A stretch of 64,000 nucleotides of DNA from Eledone cirrhosa (lineage: Eukaryota). Location: positions 166,470,001-166,534,000 of the forward strand of contig OZ024741.1 in assembly GCA_964016885.1 (NCBI GenBank). Direction: 5' to 3'. Of this stretch, positions 1 through 11,878 are shown piece after piece. Under the pieces are notes generated by a model. It had not been told where the DNA came from. It was given only the letters and a program-made list of their open reading frames with translations, and did no database searches. The translations under genes and the position numbers were made by a program. How positions within the stretch are numbered: the first letter of the stretch is position 1; the number at the start of each line of letters is the position of its first letter.

Positions 1-1200
1 ATTTATTATATAATATTGACAACAGTTTATATAATATAATTTAGAAAATAATTACAGTTATAATTTTTAAAGAATTTATGATTAACAATTTGAGTGCCTA
101 AAGGATCAACAGGCTTTATAAATAAACTTAAAAAGGCCTGAATTTTAAATTACATATATGTTTTTATCAAAAAAGAATACACAAAGATTATATTGTCTAA
201 AGACTTAAGATGATACCTTTCAAATATACAATATAGTAACTAAGTTACTGAAAATATTGTTAAAAATTAATGTTTAGATCAATTATTGTAAAAGGATCAT
301 TTAATAGATATATACTATAAATATATAAGTCAAAACTTCATGAGTCCTAAGGATAAGGACTAGATACAAAATAAAAAGTGAAAAAATAATGAAATTTTTT
401 TGCGAAACATAAAAATGCCCAATATTAAAAAATATGGTTTAAAATGCAAGAGGGTTTTATTATGAATGACCCTAAGGTAATCTAAATTTAATTAAAATAA
501 AATAAATTAAATTAAATTAAGTAATAATCATTATATAATTTCGAACATTAAGGAAATATCTAACACTTATAACAATAGAGAGTCATTTGAGTATCTAAAT
601 TACTTATAAATGTAACTACGAGCATGTTATTATACTAGATAAACATATTTGTTCAAATATATAGAGAGAGTATTATAGGTATTAGTGAAACGATATACAT
701 ATAATAAATAAATAATTACAATCATTATTAGTAAAGTTATAATTGTAGTTTTACCTCCAGTTCAGTGGAAAGAGAGACCAATATTTGTTGACTAGTATGG
801 TTTGTGATATTTATACGTAAATATATATTAAAAAATATATATGTGCAAATCTAACTTTCTGAGTCCCAAAACATACCCAAAATGAGTAAAATATATAAAT
901 GCATGAATGATTTACGGTTCAATTATAACCGGTAATCTTACAAGTTATATATCCAAATTATATATTTAAAACAAAGACAAATATATATAAGGATCCGAAT
1001 CTAAATTATAAATATCTAAAATAATCCAAAGGTGTGCATATTCATCAAGAGAACAAGTTAGCAAATAATATGTTTATATACCTAAACAGGATCCTTCATT
1101 CTAACATTAATTCTATCATAAATGATTATAAAATAAAGTATTATTAAAGTTTTATAAACTGTTATAACGTTTTAGGTACAACAGTTGATAAGAGACGTCA
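1..1200 (-). mobile_element. Long AT-rich 3' UTR of the PLE at 1220-2315, running off the window start
   Basis: Directly downstream of the GIY-YIG stop; colinear with 5121-5274 + 6470-7735, whose continuation ends in an HHR and a (TA)n tract. Confidence 0.7.
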
Positions 1201-1219
1201 AAAATTAAAACCTGTTTGT

Positions 1220-2315
1220 TTAGAGTTTTTTCCTGACTTTTTGCGAGGCTTGGAATGTAGACAAAGCTTTATGAAGGCAGTTTGAGAATAATTCACTTTT
1301 TTTGTTAATTAAGTTTTCATAAATAGTAATTATTAATATGGTCTCCTTAGTACAGAGGTTGCAGTTAGTTGATATAGACGAATTCGAGTAGATTCTACTA
1401 TTACAAAGCTTCGTCCAAAAAATCGAGTATTTTAAATTTTTGTCTTTTAATGACCATATAAGTTGTGATAAAGAAGTCGAAGACTTCCTATTAAGATTCG
1501 AAAACGAGCACTTGTGATTCGCAAATCTCGATTTAAATGTCGAAGAAGTTGCCCCTATGTAGTTGTATGTGATGTTTTACGGTGCATTTATACACCAAAT
1601 TTCTATCCAGACAATTATTTTGCAGAGGGCAATCTGGTTTATTTCTACAATTATATTTCGATTTATTATTATTTATATTATCACTATTATTAACACTATT
1701 ATGCTGATTTTGGTTTAGAATTCTACTATTTAGTTTAGCGATGTTTTGGGCCATATTCATAGTTGTAGAATAAGAAAGCTTAATTGTGTGTCTATTAAAT
1801 ATGGAACGGTATTTATGTTGTCTAGGGAAGGAATTATCTAAAGCCTTAAAGAATAGATTAGCTAGTGGTATTTTTATTTTTACTGCTACAGAAGGAAGCA
1901 GGGGGGGGGGGGGCAAACCATATAACTGATTTAGTTCTGGTTTTTTTCCTCGATTTATTCACAGTACAGGTGTTTGAATTATAATTTTTAGAATTTCGTT
2001 TATACATGCCAGTCATATTATTATTATTTTTATCAGGATTAAGATTCGAATTATTATTGTCTATATATTCTATATTATTTTTATAACCTGCCTTTCTTAG
2101 CGCATCATTGTAATATCCTGCTTTTTCATCAAATATTGATTTATTACCAGATATTCTTGTTATGCGTTTCTGTACACTATTGCCAATTGCATTTTTCACA
2201 GATTTAGGGCAATTAGAGTAATAACTAACGTAATTTAAGTTTACATTGGGCTTATGGAACGGGTAATAAAAACCAGAGTTTAAGTTAAGGGTAACATCAA
2301 GGAAATTAACTATTT
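1220..2315 (-). pseudogene. Penelope-like retroelement (Naiad-like), 5'-truncated: RT thumb + GIY-YIG endonuclease, frameshifted
   Basis: ORFs 1858-2376 (VNFLDVTLNL, YYPFHKPN, VIWFAPP) and 1533-1916 (IFNRHTIKLSYST, CRNKPDCPLQNNCL, LVYKC). Manual translation continues YIGATSSTFKSRFANH...CNLCTKE...NKKSELFSNCLH to a stop near 1220. Confidence 0.9.
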
Positions 2316-2345
2316 TGGTACCACAGTATTTATGTTGACTAGGGA

Positions 2346-2496
2346 AAAAATTGCTAATCACTTGAAGTTGTGTCACTCAATTTTAAATACAATGATTGCT
2401 TAACCAAACCACCAGAAAACGTTTATCTGAGGATTTGGTTAAGCATACATTGTATTTAAAATTGAGTGACACAACTTCAAGAGATTAGCAATTTTT
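2346..2496. repeat. Near-perfect foldback with about 63-bp arms at the 5' truncation point of the PLE
   Basis: aaaaattgctaatcacttgaagttgtgtcactcaattttaaatacaatg... pairs with ...cattgtatttaaaattgagtgacacaacttcaagagattagcaattttt. Confidence 0.9.
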
Positions 2497-2757
2497 AGAC
2501 AACTTACTCAATGAAACAATTGTTAATACTGTAAATAAACCCCTTTTGTACTGTTGACCATGTTTTTCTTCACTCTTTCACTATATATATATTATATATA
2601 TATATATAGGAAAAAGTATTACCCCGACGGCAGAGCTCAAGCCGTTTCGACGGCTATTTCTGGACTCCTATTTTTTCCTATTTCCCACTCTACTACCCTA
2701 AGTATTGAGTACTCTGGTGCGTTATGGTCCATCTGGTTCCTTACCACATTTCCTTTG

Positions 2758-2824
<67 letters not shown>

Positions 2825-2825
<1 letters not shown>

Positions 2826-3088
2826 GTCTGGGAAAAGTGTTTAATATCTAAGTAGAGAATATTTTGTATTTATTATAATGGTGGGACTATTTTCTGGTGC
2901 TACTCTGAATTTTCGAGATTGCCACTGATTACGATACTGTGTCATAGAGATACTGTGGCACAGAGATACTGTCATATGTAAATTATTTCTAAGGTAAGTG
3001 ATCAGCGGCAATCCACGAAACCTAGGTGTTGCAACAGAAAACAACCTCAGTAATATTATGTGTGTATATATATATATATCATATGCAG

Positions 3089-3121
<33 letters not shown>

Positions 3122-3562
3122 CATATATATATATACATATATGTATATATATATATATATATATATAGTGAACAATGGAACGGGAACAAAATAGAGAGGC
3201 AGTACAAACAAAGTTTTATTAGTTTCACGCTCTTAAGAGTGGGGGGGACGTTTCGGGCATAAGCCCTTCTTCGGTAGAAAAGTGGGTGGGAAGAGAGTTC
3301 CGAGGGTGCGTGGGGAGTGGTGGAGAGACATTTAGAAAAAAGGGGGGAGAGGAAAGGGAGGAAAAACGGTGGAAGGGGTACAAATAAAAATAAAAATAAA
3401 CATGAAGATAAACAAGTGGTGGAAGGGTGTGGGACGTGTAGGGGTGGTGGCGGGTGGAGTAATCAGTGGCAATCTCGAAAATTCAGAGTAGCACCAGAAA
3501 ATAGTCTCACCATTATAATAAATACAAAATATTCTCTACTTAGATATTAAACACTTTTCCCA

Positions 3563-3565
<3 letters not shown>
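2825..3565. repeat. Inverted-repeat pair (2825-2931 / 3459-3565) between (TA)n tracts, enclosing another insert
   Basis: gtctgggaaaagtgtttaatatc...gattgccactgattac and its reverse complement. Confidence 0.85.
3247..3280 (-). ncRNA. Minimal hammerhead-like motif, CCGAAGA core variant
   Basis: Minus strand: CCGAAGA a gggc-ttat-gccc GAAA cgTC; stem I is weak. Confidence 0.5.
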
Positions 3566-3611
<46 letters not shown>

Positions 3612-3617
<6 letters not shown>

Positions 3618-3975
3618 TTACTTTGGGAGGGTCATGTTGCCAATAAGAAACACACGCACCAGTTGCTTTCACTTCAATTTATTATAATAAATTTATAAAT
3701 TTAGGAATTTATAAATTTCCGGTTGGTTGGTTGGTTCCACAACCAGATGGTTGTTTATATATTGTCAAAGTTCTTTCGTCACACATTCTGTGACCTCTTC
3801 AGTGACTGGGGATTCTTTTCTTTGTTTTTGTGCCTCTCCTTTGTTCTGTCCTACGCCATCTTGTTTCTGTGTGTGTGTTCTTATTGGCAACATGACCCTC
3901 CCAAAGTATAACAATATCGGTTTCAACACACGTTTTCAGATAAAGAATCTTGCTAAACAAATTCAGAAACGAAAT
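3612..3975 (+). mobile_element. PLE-terminal mini-element: inverted arm plus sense arm with extra 3' tail, in (TA)n
   Basis: 3612-3655 is the reverse complement of about 3872-3916; about 58 extra nt follow before (TA)n. Confidence 0.7.
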
Positions 3976-3988
3976 ATATATATATATA

Positions 3989-4252
3989 TATTGGTAAACG
4001 GAATAGAAAATGCTGACAAATTGTTCACAGTTGAAAAATGGTTTAATTAGGAATAAAAGAGTATTAGTGATTGTATGGGTTAGTATTCAGTTGTGGTTTT
4101 AAGTTTTAAAACCACAACTGAATACTAACCTATACAATCACTAATACTCTTTTATTCCTAATTAAACCATTTTTCAACTGTGAACAATTTGTCAGCATTT
4201 TCTATTCCGTTTACCAATATATAATAACTTGTGTGTTACACCTCTATTCTTT

Positions 4253-4257
<5 letters not shown>
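3989..4257 (+). mobile_element. PLE-terminal mini-element: about 112-bp inverted arms plus about 37-nt tail
   Basis: Arms 3989-4100 / 4107-4220; tail ataataacttgtgtgttacacctctattctttt; same family at 8172-8400 and 51577-51923. Confidence 0.8.
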
Positions 4258-4296
<39 letters not shown>

Positions 4297-4377
4297 AAGA
4301 GTGAAGAATAACATGGTCAACAGTACAAAAGGGGTTTTATTTACAGTATTAACAATATATATTTTATTTACAGTATT

Positions 4378-4416
<39 letters not shown>

Positions 4417-4457
4417 TTCAAAATATTAACAAAATAGATATTCTTGTGGTCAATTAT

Positions 4458-4522
4458 ATTTTATTATACATATTTCAGAGGTACTGAGTTAAGTTCAACA
4501 GTACGTGCTCATCAGATAAAAT
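4458..4522 (-). ncRNA. Type I hammerhead ribozyme (family A)
   Basis: attttat CTGATGA gcac-gtactg...cagtac-ctct GAAA tatgta TA ataaaat; 7-bp stem I. Confidence 0.8.
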
Positions 4523-5274
4523 GAGATGATGCATGACATACCCTGACATAGTAGATGGTTAAGATTCAGTCATGGTAGTGATTAACTTATGACAAAACTC
4601 AATATATATACCCTGATATTGAGAACATGAGATAACAAACAATAGAGAGGGTGCGTGTAATAGAGCTTAAGAAATACATTGCATCAATATAACAGTTATA
4701 ATTTTTTTTTTTAAACTACTGGAGAAAGAGGAGGGAAAGGAAAGCATAGAGGAAGAAACAGCTGATGTGATAATATATTTAGTAGGTGGCTTGAAAAAAC
4801 AGATGAAAGATGATTAAAGAGAGAGAGAGACAAAGGGGAGTAATTTATGTTCAAGTTTATATACAGATTTCCATATATGCAACACATGTCCAAATTAATA
4901 TAGTTGGCGGTTAATTTTCAAAATATTTAATTTAAGTTATTTCAGAGTAATGTATAATATTTTAGGTTTTAAAAGTTAATAGGTATTTGTATTAATATTA
5001 TAATTATGTTTAATTTCTAAAATTCAAATTTTATGAAAACAAGTTTAAAGGATTTACGAAACACAAGAAAGAAAATATATATAATGCTTTTATATCTTCA
5101 CGAAGGTAATCTTTACCAAAATTATTTATAATATTGACAACAGTTTATATAATATAATTTATAAAATAATTATAGTTATAATTATTAAAGAATTTATTGT
5201 TAAATAGTTTGAGTGCCTAAAGTATCAACCGGCCTTATAACTAAATAAGAAGTCCGAATTTTTAATTATATATA

Positions 5275-6469
5275 TCATAATCTATAAAGCTCAGTGTGTG
5301 GTCAAGCTCCTTCGTTATAGAAATCTACGATATAGAATTTCTTCAATTGAAATTTACCATTCAGTATTCAAAATAGTTTCGATTGCGTCTTGACGCAGAT
5401 AATTTTTTCAATTTCACCCACAATTACGCAAAAAATAGATAAAACTCAATATTTTACGATTTTTCTCTGTCATTTAAACTGCTAAACTCTTTCCACTACC
5501 ATTCAAAATCTATACAACTTCATACTTTCTGCTACTTTCTCTTTCCAAGCTTGATGGTGATACTGTCCGTATTACTCTGTCATATCATCTGCTTCCCTCT
5601 ATCTACCACTCACACATTTTGCTACTTTCTCTTTTATACTTCAAATTATTACATTTCATACGAAACGACAATTATTCAAAAGCAACAGATACATTTATTC
5701 AACAACAAGCGATAAATCTTTTTTAAAACCTCTTTTCCAAACGCATACAAACACACACTCACTTCAACAACAACAACAACAATCTGCCTTTTATAGATAA
5801 TGATAAACAATAATATCCTCTATGAGGTCACTAAACCTGCTAGAAACAGCAGCTAACTCTCCCCCATACCACATCCCTCCCTACTGTCTTAAATTTAGAA
5901 AACACATATCCTCTATGAGGTTACTAAACCTGCTAGAAACTGCAGCTAACTCTCCCCCATATCACACCCATCCCTACTGTCTTAAATTTAGAAAACATAT
6001 CTTCTATGAGGTCACTAAACCTCCTAGAAACAGCAGCTAACTCTCCTCCATATCACACCACTCCCTACTGTCTTAAATATAGAAAACACATATCCTCTAT
6101 GAGGTCACTAAACCTGCTAGAAACAACAGCTAACTCTCCCTCATATCACAACCCTCCCTACTGTCTTAAATTTAGAAAACACACAGACAACCATGCAGAA
6201 CAACTCCATCATAGCTCTGTTGTTCGGCTGGCATCGTCTACGCGCGTGTTGCGCAAGTACTATGAAACAATAAATTTCAACACTTTTTTGCACAGAGATA
6301 ATATCCATAGGCGAAACTACAATTGTCACTGCTGGCGCAGCTCATGCTTCCAGGTCTGCAATTCATTCACCCAGTGCCTGGCAGACAAAAAAGTGATGCC
6401 ATAAAATGGGTGGTGCAACCTAACTTTGGTAACTTAATGACCCCGAGCAACGCCGGGCTTTAATGCTAG
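5275..6469 (+). mobile_element. Non-autonomous Helitron
   Basis: 5' TC, 3' hairpin cccg-agcaacgc-cggg then CTAG; inserted between A and T with no TSD; absent from the paralogous copy at about 155-160. Confidence 0.88.
5813..6183 (+). repeat. Tandem array, 4 x 91-93 bp, inside the Helitron
   Basis: tatgagg recurs at 5821, 5914, 6005 and 6098; a related single copy lies at about 13420-13530. Confidence 0.95.
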
Positions 6470-7166
6470 TGTGTTGATAAAAAAATACAAAGATTATAGT
6501 TTATTATTTGTTTATAATTGAGGTGATACCTTTCAAATATATATAATATAATACAATAATGCAATAATTTAATATAGTAAATAAGTTACTGAAAAATATT
6601 TCAAAAATATATATAGTTTTAAAAAATGTATATAGTTAAAAAAATGTTTAAAATATTGCTAAAGTTTTATATCAATTATTTTCATTTAGTTGATATATAC
6701 TATAAAGATATAAGTCAAAACTATATGAGTCCTAATGATAGGGGCTAGATACAAAATAAATATACAAATAAAAGAAAACGAATTGTTTGCGAAACTTAAA
6801 GATGCCCAATATTAAAAATATATTATAAATGCAATAGGGTTTTAATATAGTATACAAAAGATACATCTAAAATATTTTAGCGAATGTGATATAAAGAGGA
6901 GCTAAATATTTGAAAAAGCCGAAGGTAATCTAAATTTAATTAAAATAAAATAAAATAAAGTAAGTTAAATTAAATTATATTATATTAAGTAAATCATTAT
7001 AAATTCGACCTTCCAGGGAATATCAAAAACTTATAACAATACATAGTCATTTGAGTGTCTAAATTATTTATAAATGTAACTACGATTATGTTATTACACT
7101 AGATAAAGATATTTGTACAACTATATAGAGATATTATTATAGGTATTAATGAAACGGTATACATTT

Positions 7167-7355
7167 CGGTGGATTGGCAGTATCGGTAGAGGGTCGGACG
7201 CCATGCTTTCCAGCATAGTTACGTCCCTTTACGGTCTGAGTTCAAATCCCGCCGAGGTTGACTTTGCCTTTCATCCTTACGGGGTCGATAAAATAAAGTA
7301 CCAGTAATGCACTAGGTAATTGCTGGCCTTGTGCCTAAAGTAGAAACAATTATTA
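7167..7355 (+). mobile_element. tRNA-derived SINE with Meta-domain-like core (octopus-type)
   Basis: A box tggcagtatcgg, B box gttcaaatc, core gcctttcatccttacggggtcgataaaataaagtaccag, tail gaaacaattatta. Confidence 0.85.
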
Positions 7356-7735
7356 GTAATACTATAATTGTAGTTTTACCTCCAGTTCAGTGGAAAGAGA
7401 GACCAATATTTGTCGGCTATTATGGTTTGTTATATTTATACCTAGATATATATAAAAAAATAAATGCAAATCTAACTTTCTGAGACCCCCAAAACATACT
7501 CAAAATGAGTAAAATATATAAAATATGCAAACGCATGAATGATCCACAGTTCAATTATAATCACTAAATTTACAAGTTAAATATCCAAACCATATATTTA
7601 AAACAGAGACAGATAAATAAAGATCTGAATCAAAATTATAAATATCAAAAAATCATAAGGTATGTATATTTATCAAGTAAACAAGTTATCAAACGAGTGT
7701 CCTTCATTCTAACATTAATTCTATCATAAATGAAG

Positions 7736-7897
7736 TAGTCAATACTTAGGGTAGTAGAGTGGGTAATAGGAAAATGTTCAAGACCCCGACGACAGTGCTC
7801 AAGCCGTTTCGACGGCTATTTCTGGACCAGACGGCTATTTCGGGTCCATAAATAGCCGTCGAAACGGCTTGAGCTCTGCCGTTGGGGGTCTTTAAAA
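7736..7897. repeat. Rearranged inverted-repeat mini-element related to 2608-2760
   Basis: gaccccgacgacagtgctcaagccgtttcgacggctatttctggacc and its reverse complement; shared with 2622-2712. Confidence 0.8.
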
Positions 7898-7922
7898 TTT
7901 ATATATATACATACGGTACATG

Positions 7923-7964
<42 letters not shown>

Positions 7965-7997
7965 CTATATGTATGTATGTTTATAAATATATATATA

Positions 7998-8058
<61 letters not shown>

Positions 8059-8078
8059 ACACATGTACTGTATGTATG

Positions 8079-8168
<90 letters not shown>

Positions 8169-8213
8169 TATACGGATTAGAGCAAACATCACGGGCGCTC
8201 TATCTCAAAATTA

Positions 8214-8250
8214 TTTTTGAAAAGCATTAGAAATGCGCAACCGGTAAAAA
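8214..8250 (+). ncRNA. Variant hammerhead-like motif (U3-A8, GCAA)
   Basis: ttt TTGAAAA gcatt-aga-aatgc GCAA ccgGTA aaa; the same variant is on the minus strand at about 51691-51727. Confidence 0.5.
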
Positions 8251-8393
8251 CTTAAATCAAAAACTGAATACTAACCAATACTTACTACTAATTTTTACTT
8301 ATTCCTAATTAAACTATTTTTCACTGGGAACAATTTGTCAGCATTTTCTTTTCCTTTTACCAATATATCATAACTCGTGTGTTACACCTCGAT

Positions 8394-8435
<42 letters not shown>

Positions 8436-8601
8436 AATATACTAAGACTAAGGATTAAAATTATAATTGAATTTTGAATTATAAATGCTCTGCTGCTATA
8501 ACTATTCGCTCCCGAAGAACGAAGGGTAAAAGAGGCATTGAGCTTAACCTATCTTACCAATAAAAATAGTTAACTAACACACTAAAACCTCATATATTCG
8601 T

Positions 8602-8686
<85 letters not shown>

Positions 8687-8797
8687 GAGAATCCACAAGC
8701 GATAAACGCGAGTTTTTAACTCCGTTGCTTCATTTGATATATATAACTGGAATTGAATAATCAAAACCGTAGCGGTATGTCACATATCAAATCATAC

Positions 8798-8858
8798 ATT
8801 TTGTCTGATGAAAACGTACTTAAACACCATTGTACCTTTGAAATATGTATAATAAAAT
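8798..8858 (+). ncRNA. Type I hammerhead ribozyme (family A) in a solo PLE terminus at 8744-8906
   Basis: attttgt CTGATGA aaac-gtac...gtac-cttt GAAA tatgta TA ataaaat. Confidence 0.8.
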
Positions 8859-8902
8859 ATATATTTTGATTATGAGAATATTTTTCATTTATTAACATTT
8901 TA

Positions 8903-8947
<45 letters not shown>

Positions 8948-8952
<5 letters not shown>

Positions 8953-9602
8953 GGAAAAAATGAAACGAAATTTCATTTCTCACTCTTAGTACGGCTGTTA
9001 CTTAAATATAAGTATGTATACGTACATACATATATGTATACAGACGTACAGTAGTATGTATATATATATACATACATGCACACATATATATATATGTACG
9101 TATGGATTCACCGAACATTTATTATAATGCTCGGTGTGTTTGTAAACAAACATCCCGAATTAAACCGTACAGTGTCTAGCAACCATCGTTGCCCTTTTGT
9201 TCAACACTGACAAAGGAACGCTGTACTAGTTTCAAGCTTATTAGCTATCGTCAGCAACGTATACCTTCCTGCTAGATGGTTGGACGTCTGAAAGTATATA
9301 CTTTCCTTATGCATAGTAGTACAGCGAAACTAGTACAGTAGTACAGTAGTACAGTAGAAACTAGTACAGCGTTCCTTTGTCAGTGTTGAACAAACGAGCA
9401 ACGATGGTTGCTAGACACTGTACGGCTTAATTCGGGATGTTTGTTTACAAACACACCGAGCATTATAATAAATGTTCGGTGAATCCATACGTACATATAA
9501 ATATGTGTGTGCATGTATGTATATATATATACATACTACTGTACGTCGGTATACATATATGTATGTACGTATACATACTTATATTTAAGTAACAGCCGTA
9601 CT
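8948..9602. mobile_element. Retrozyme-like 430-bp family B: minus-strand unit plus inverted truncated copy
   Basis: 8989-9233 is the reverse complement of 9357-9602; homologous to 42486-43493 and 44176-44461. Confidence 0.85.
9219..9259 (-). ncRNA. Minimal type I hammerhead ribozyme (family B)
   Basis: cgttg CTGACGA t-agct-aata-agct-t GAAA ctaGTA cagcg; stem I cgttg/cagcg; palindromic ACTAGT. Confidence 0.88.
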
Positions 9603-9861
9603 ATATATATATACATTTTACTCGCCCAAACATGGTAATAAAGCCATTAAAATGTAAAGAGTACATAATTCAAGGAGAGAGGGAGAGAGAAAATGATGAT
9701 TGATGTTGCATTTGAAAGAACCGGAAGAAAATTCCATGGGCTAAGGAAGAAACTATCAGATTAGAATTTGCGATTACATTTCGGAACTTCAACTCTAAAG
9801 GGATGAGGGCTAGTTATATTTTGGCAATGACTGTCCAGCTAGAAAAGACATAACCGATTGT

Positions 9862-10430
9862 TTCTTTATACACGTGGGCATGCCCACAAAGTCAGAAAAC
9901 AGCACAGGTCCCATGACTTTCGGAAACATTTTTTCACGCTCAGAGTTGCTGAAGCATGGAATAAACTACCTCCATCAGTTGTTAACTGCCGAGACACTGC
10001 ATCCTTTAAAACCTCCATGCTTCCTGAAATTCGCCGACACTACATCTAATATTCCCTCTCCATACACACGCACACATGTATATCATGACTCATACACTGT
10101 TCACTTTCCTGACATTTGTACATTATTCTATGGCGGTGGATTGGCAGTATTATTATTCTAGGGCGGTGGATTGGCAGTATCGGTAGAAGGTCGGACGCCA
10201 TGCTTTCCAGCATAGTTACGTCCCTTTACGATCTGAGTTCAAATCCCGCCGAGGTTTACTTTGCCTTTCATCCTTACGGGGTCGATAAAATAAAGTACCA
10301 GTAATGTACTGGGATAATTGCTGGCCTTGTGCCAAAAGTAGAAACAATTATTCTATGTACTATACATGCACCTTTGATGAGTTGTAGTGCACCTGAACAC
10401 TGTACACAATAATTTCCTTATTATTATTAT
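9862..10430 (+). mobile_element. 3' end of a CR1/Jockey-group LINE with a SINE inserted
   Basis: TRGHAHKVRKQ...RKHFFTLRVAEAWNKLP...SFK is the conserved C-terminus; (TTA)n tail at about 10420. Confidence 0.8.
10162..10351 (+). mobile_element. tRNA-derived Meta-like SINE, preceded by a duplicated head at 10132-10150
   Basis: Very close to 7167-7355. Confidence 0.88.
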
Positions 10431-10469
10431 ACTGAAGTTACATGTTTGTATTCTATTTGATTATATACT

Positions 10470-11165
10470 TTTGTTAGTTTCTGGTGGAAAGTTTTCAGCT
10501 TTACACCGCAATGACAGATCCTTCATATTCATCTCAGCTTTGGGTCCTGTATTTCTTAACTTTTACTGACCTTTTGTTTTCTTGTTCACTTCTGCTTCTC
10601 TGGCATTGGCCGTGTAAGGGCTTTCCTTGCCAAGGTATTAGCAGGAAATTTTGTAATGCAATTTTAAATTTTGTTTTTAGTTCTTTTTTGTTTATTTTTG
10701 TTGTTTTTTTTCATAATTTCTGTTGTTATTTGGTGAGAAATTGTGAAGGCGCGTGGCTAAGTTGTTAAAGAATTGGATTTGCAATGGTGAGGTTGTCAGT
10801 TAGATTCCTGGACCAGGCGATGCGTTATGTCCTTGAGTAAGACTCTTTATTTCACGTTGCTTCTTCTACTTGGAGTTGCAACCGATAGATAGTATTAGCA
10901 ATTGGAAAGACCAATGGGAACATAGTTTCCTCGGTCCGATTTGACGAAAGTCGATCGACTGTAGATTATGAAAAAAAATAAATAAATAAAATAAAAAATA
11001 AAAAATAAATTGAAAATTGTATTACAAAATTTCCTTCTAAGAAGCAGACGTGAATAAGAAAACAAAATATCAGTAAAAACTGAAAAATACAGGACCCAAA
11101 ACTGATATGAAGTATCTTTTATTGCGGTGTAAAGCTGAAAATTTTCCATCAGAAACTACCAAAAA
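10470..11165. mobile_element. Old MITE-like element with about 200-bp degenerate inverted arms
   Basis: 10470-10680 is the degenerate reverse complement of 10990-11165; the ORFs MESFQLYTAM (+) and MENFQLYTAI (-) mirror each other. Confidence 0.7.
10745..10968 (+). mobile_element. tRNA-derived CORE-like SINE (octopus OR-type)
   Basis: ggcgcgtggctaagttgtta head; gtccttgagtaagactctttatttcacgttgct core; second copy 51275-51461 (-); tail fragment 22880-22923. Confidence 0.75.
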
Positions 11166-11170
11166 TGTTT

Positions 11171-11687
11171 GGGCGGCGAATTGGCAGAGTCATCAGAACG
11201 TCGGATAGAATGCTTTGTGGTATTCGTTCCGGTTCTCTGCTCTCGGAGTTCAAATCCTGCCGAGGTCAACTTTGTCTTTCATCCTTTCGAGGTTGATAAA
11301 AAAACGTACCAGTCTAGTACTGGAGTCGATTCTTCCTCTACATCTCTTTCTCATTTCCTCTCTCTCTCTTACTTTCTATCTTTACCTGGAAGAAATCCGC
11401 TATACTCAGTCCTGGATAGGGATGGGCTTGGCCTGGCTTAAAACTGTCCAAGAAACGCCGTATGTCAATACGGCGCCCCTACGACTTTATCATTTTTAAA
11501 ACCATACATTTTTAAAACAATAAACCTACTACCAAGACCAGATAAAAATATCTAAACGAATGACTGCATTTAGAACACTCCACCCAAACCTGATATAGAA
11601 AGATTATATTTACCACTAATAGGAGGGTGGTATCCAACCAGAAATATCTTATATAATATCTACTGTAAATCTATAAGAATATCTAGT
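11171..11687 (+). mobile_element. Composite: Meta-like SINE + linker + R4/Dong-like RT fragment
   Basis: SINE 11171-11330; 11560-11687 reads HP(K)PDIERLYLPLIGG with a frameshift; the composite recurs inverted at 34475-34915. Confidence 0.7.
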
Positions 11688-11692
11688 AAAAA

Positions 11693-11878
11693 ATAATTGT
11701 TTCTACTTTTGGCACAAGGCCAGCAATTATACCAGTGTATTACTGGTACTTTATTTTATCGACCCCGTAAGGATGAAAGGCAAAGTTAACCTCGGCGGGA
11801 TTTGAACTCAGACCATAAAGGGAGGTAACTCTATGCTTCAAAGCATGGCGTCCAACCCTCTACCGATACTGCCAATCC
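11693..11878 (-). mobile_element. tRNA-derived Meta-like SINE
   Basis: Reverse complement of the 7167 family. Confidence 0.88.

Larger units (their letters stand above)
4413..7735 (-). mobile_element. PLE 3' UTR plus terminal pLTR with no ORF left, interrupted by a Helitron and a SINE
   Basis: 5121-5274 and 6470-7735 align with 1-1125; HHR at 4458-4522; ends at (TA)n 4382-4412. Confidence 0.75.

Noticed and set aside
2622-2667. gccgtcGAAAcggc hairpin as a hammerhead half (also 7787-7890)
   Set aside because: No CUGANGA core upstream.
5813-6183. Regular repeats that might look like a CRISPR array (also 60477-60671, 53547-53712)
   Set aside because: No unique spacers, no cas genes, eukaryotic context; plain tandem repeats.
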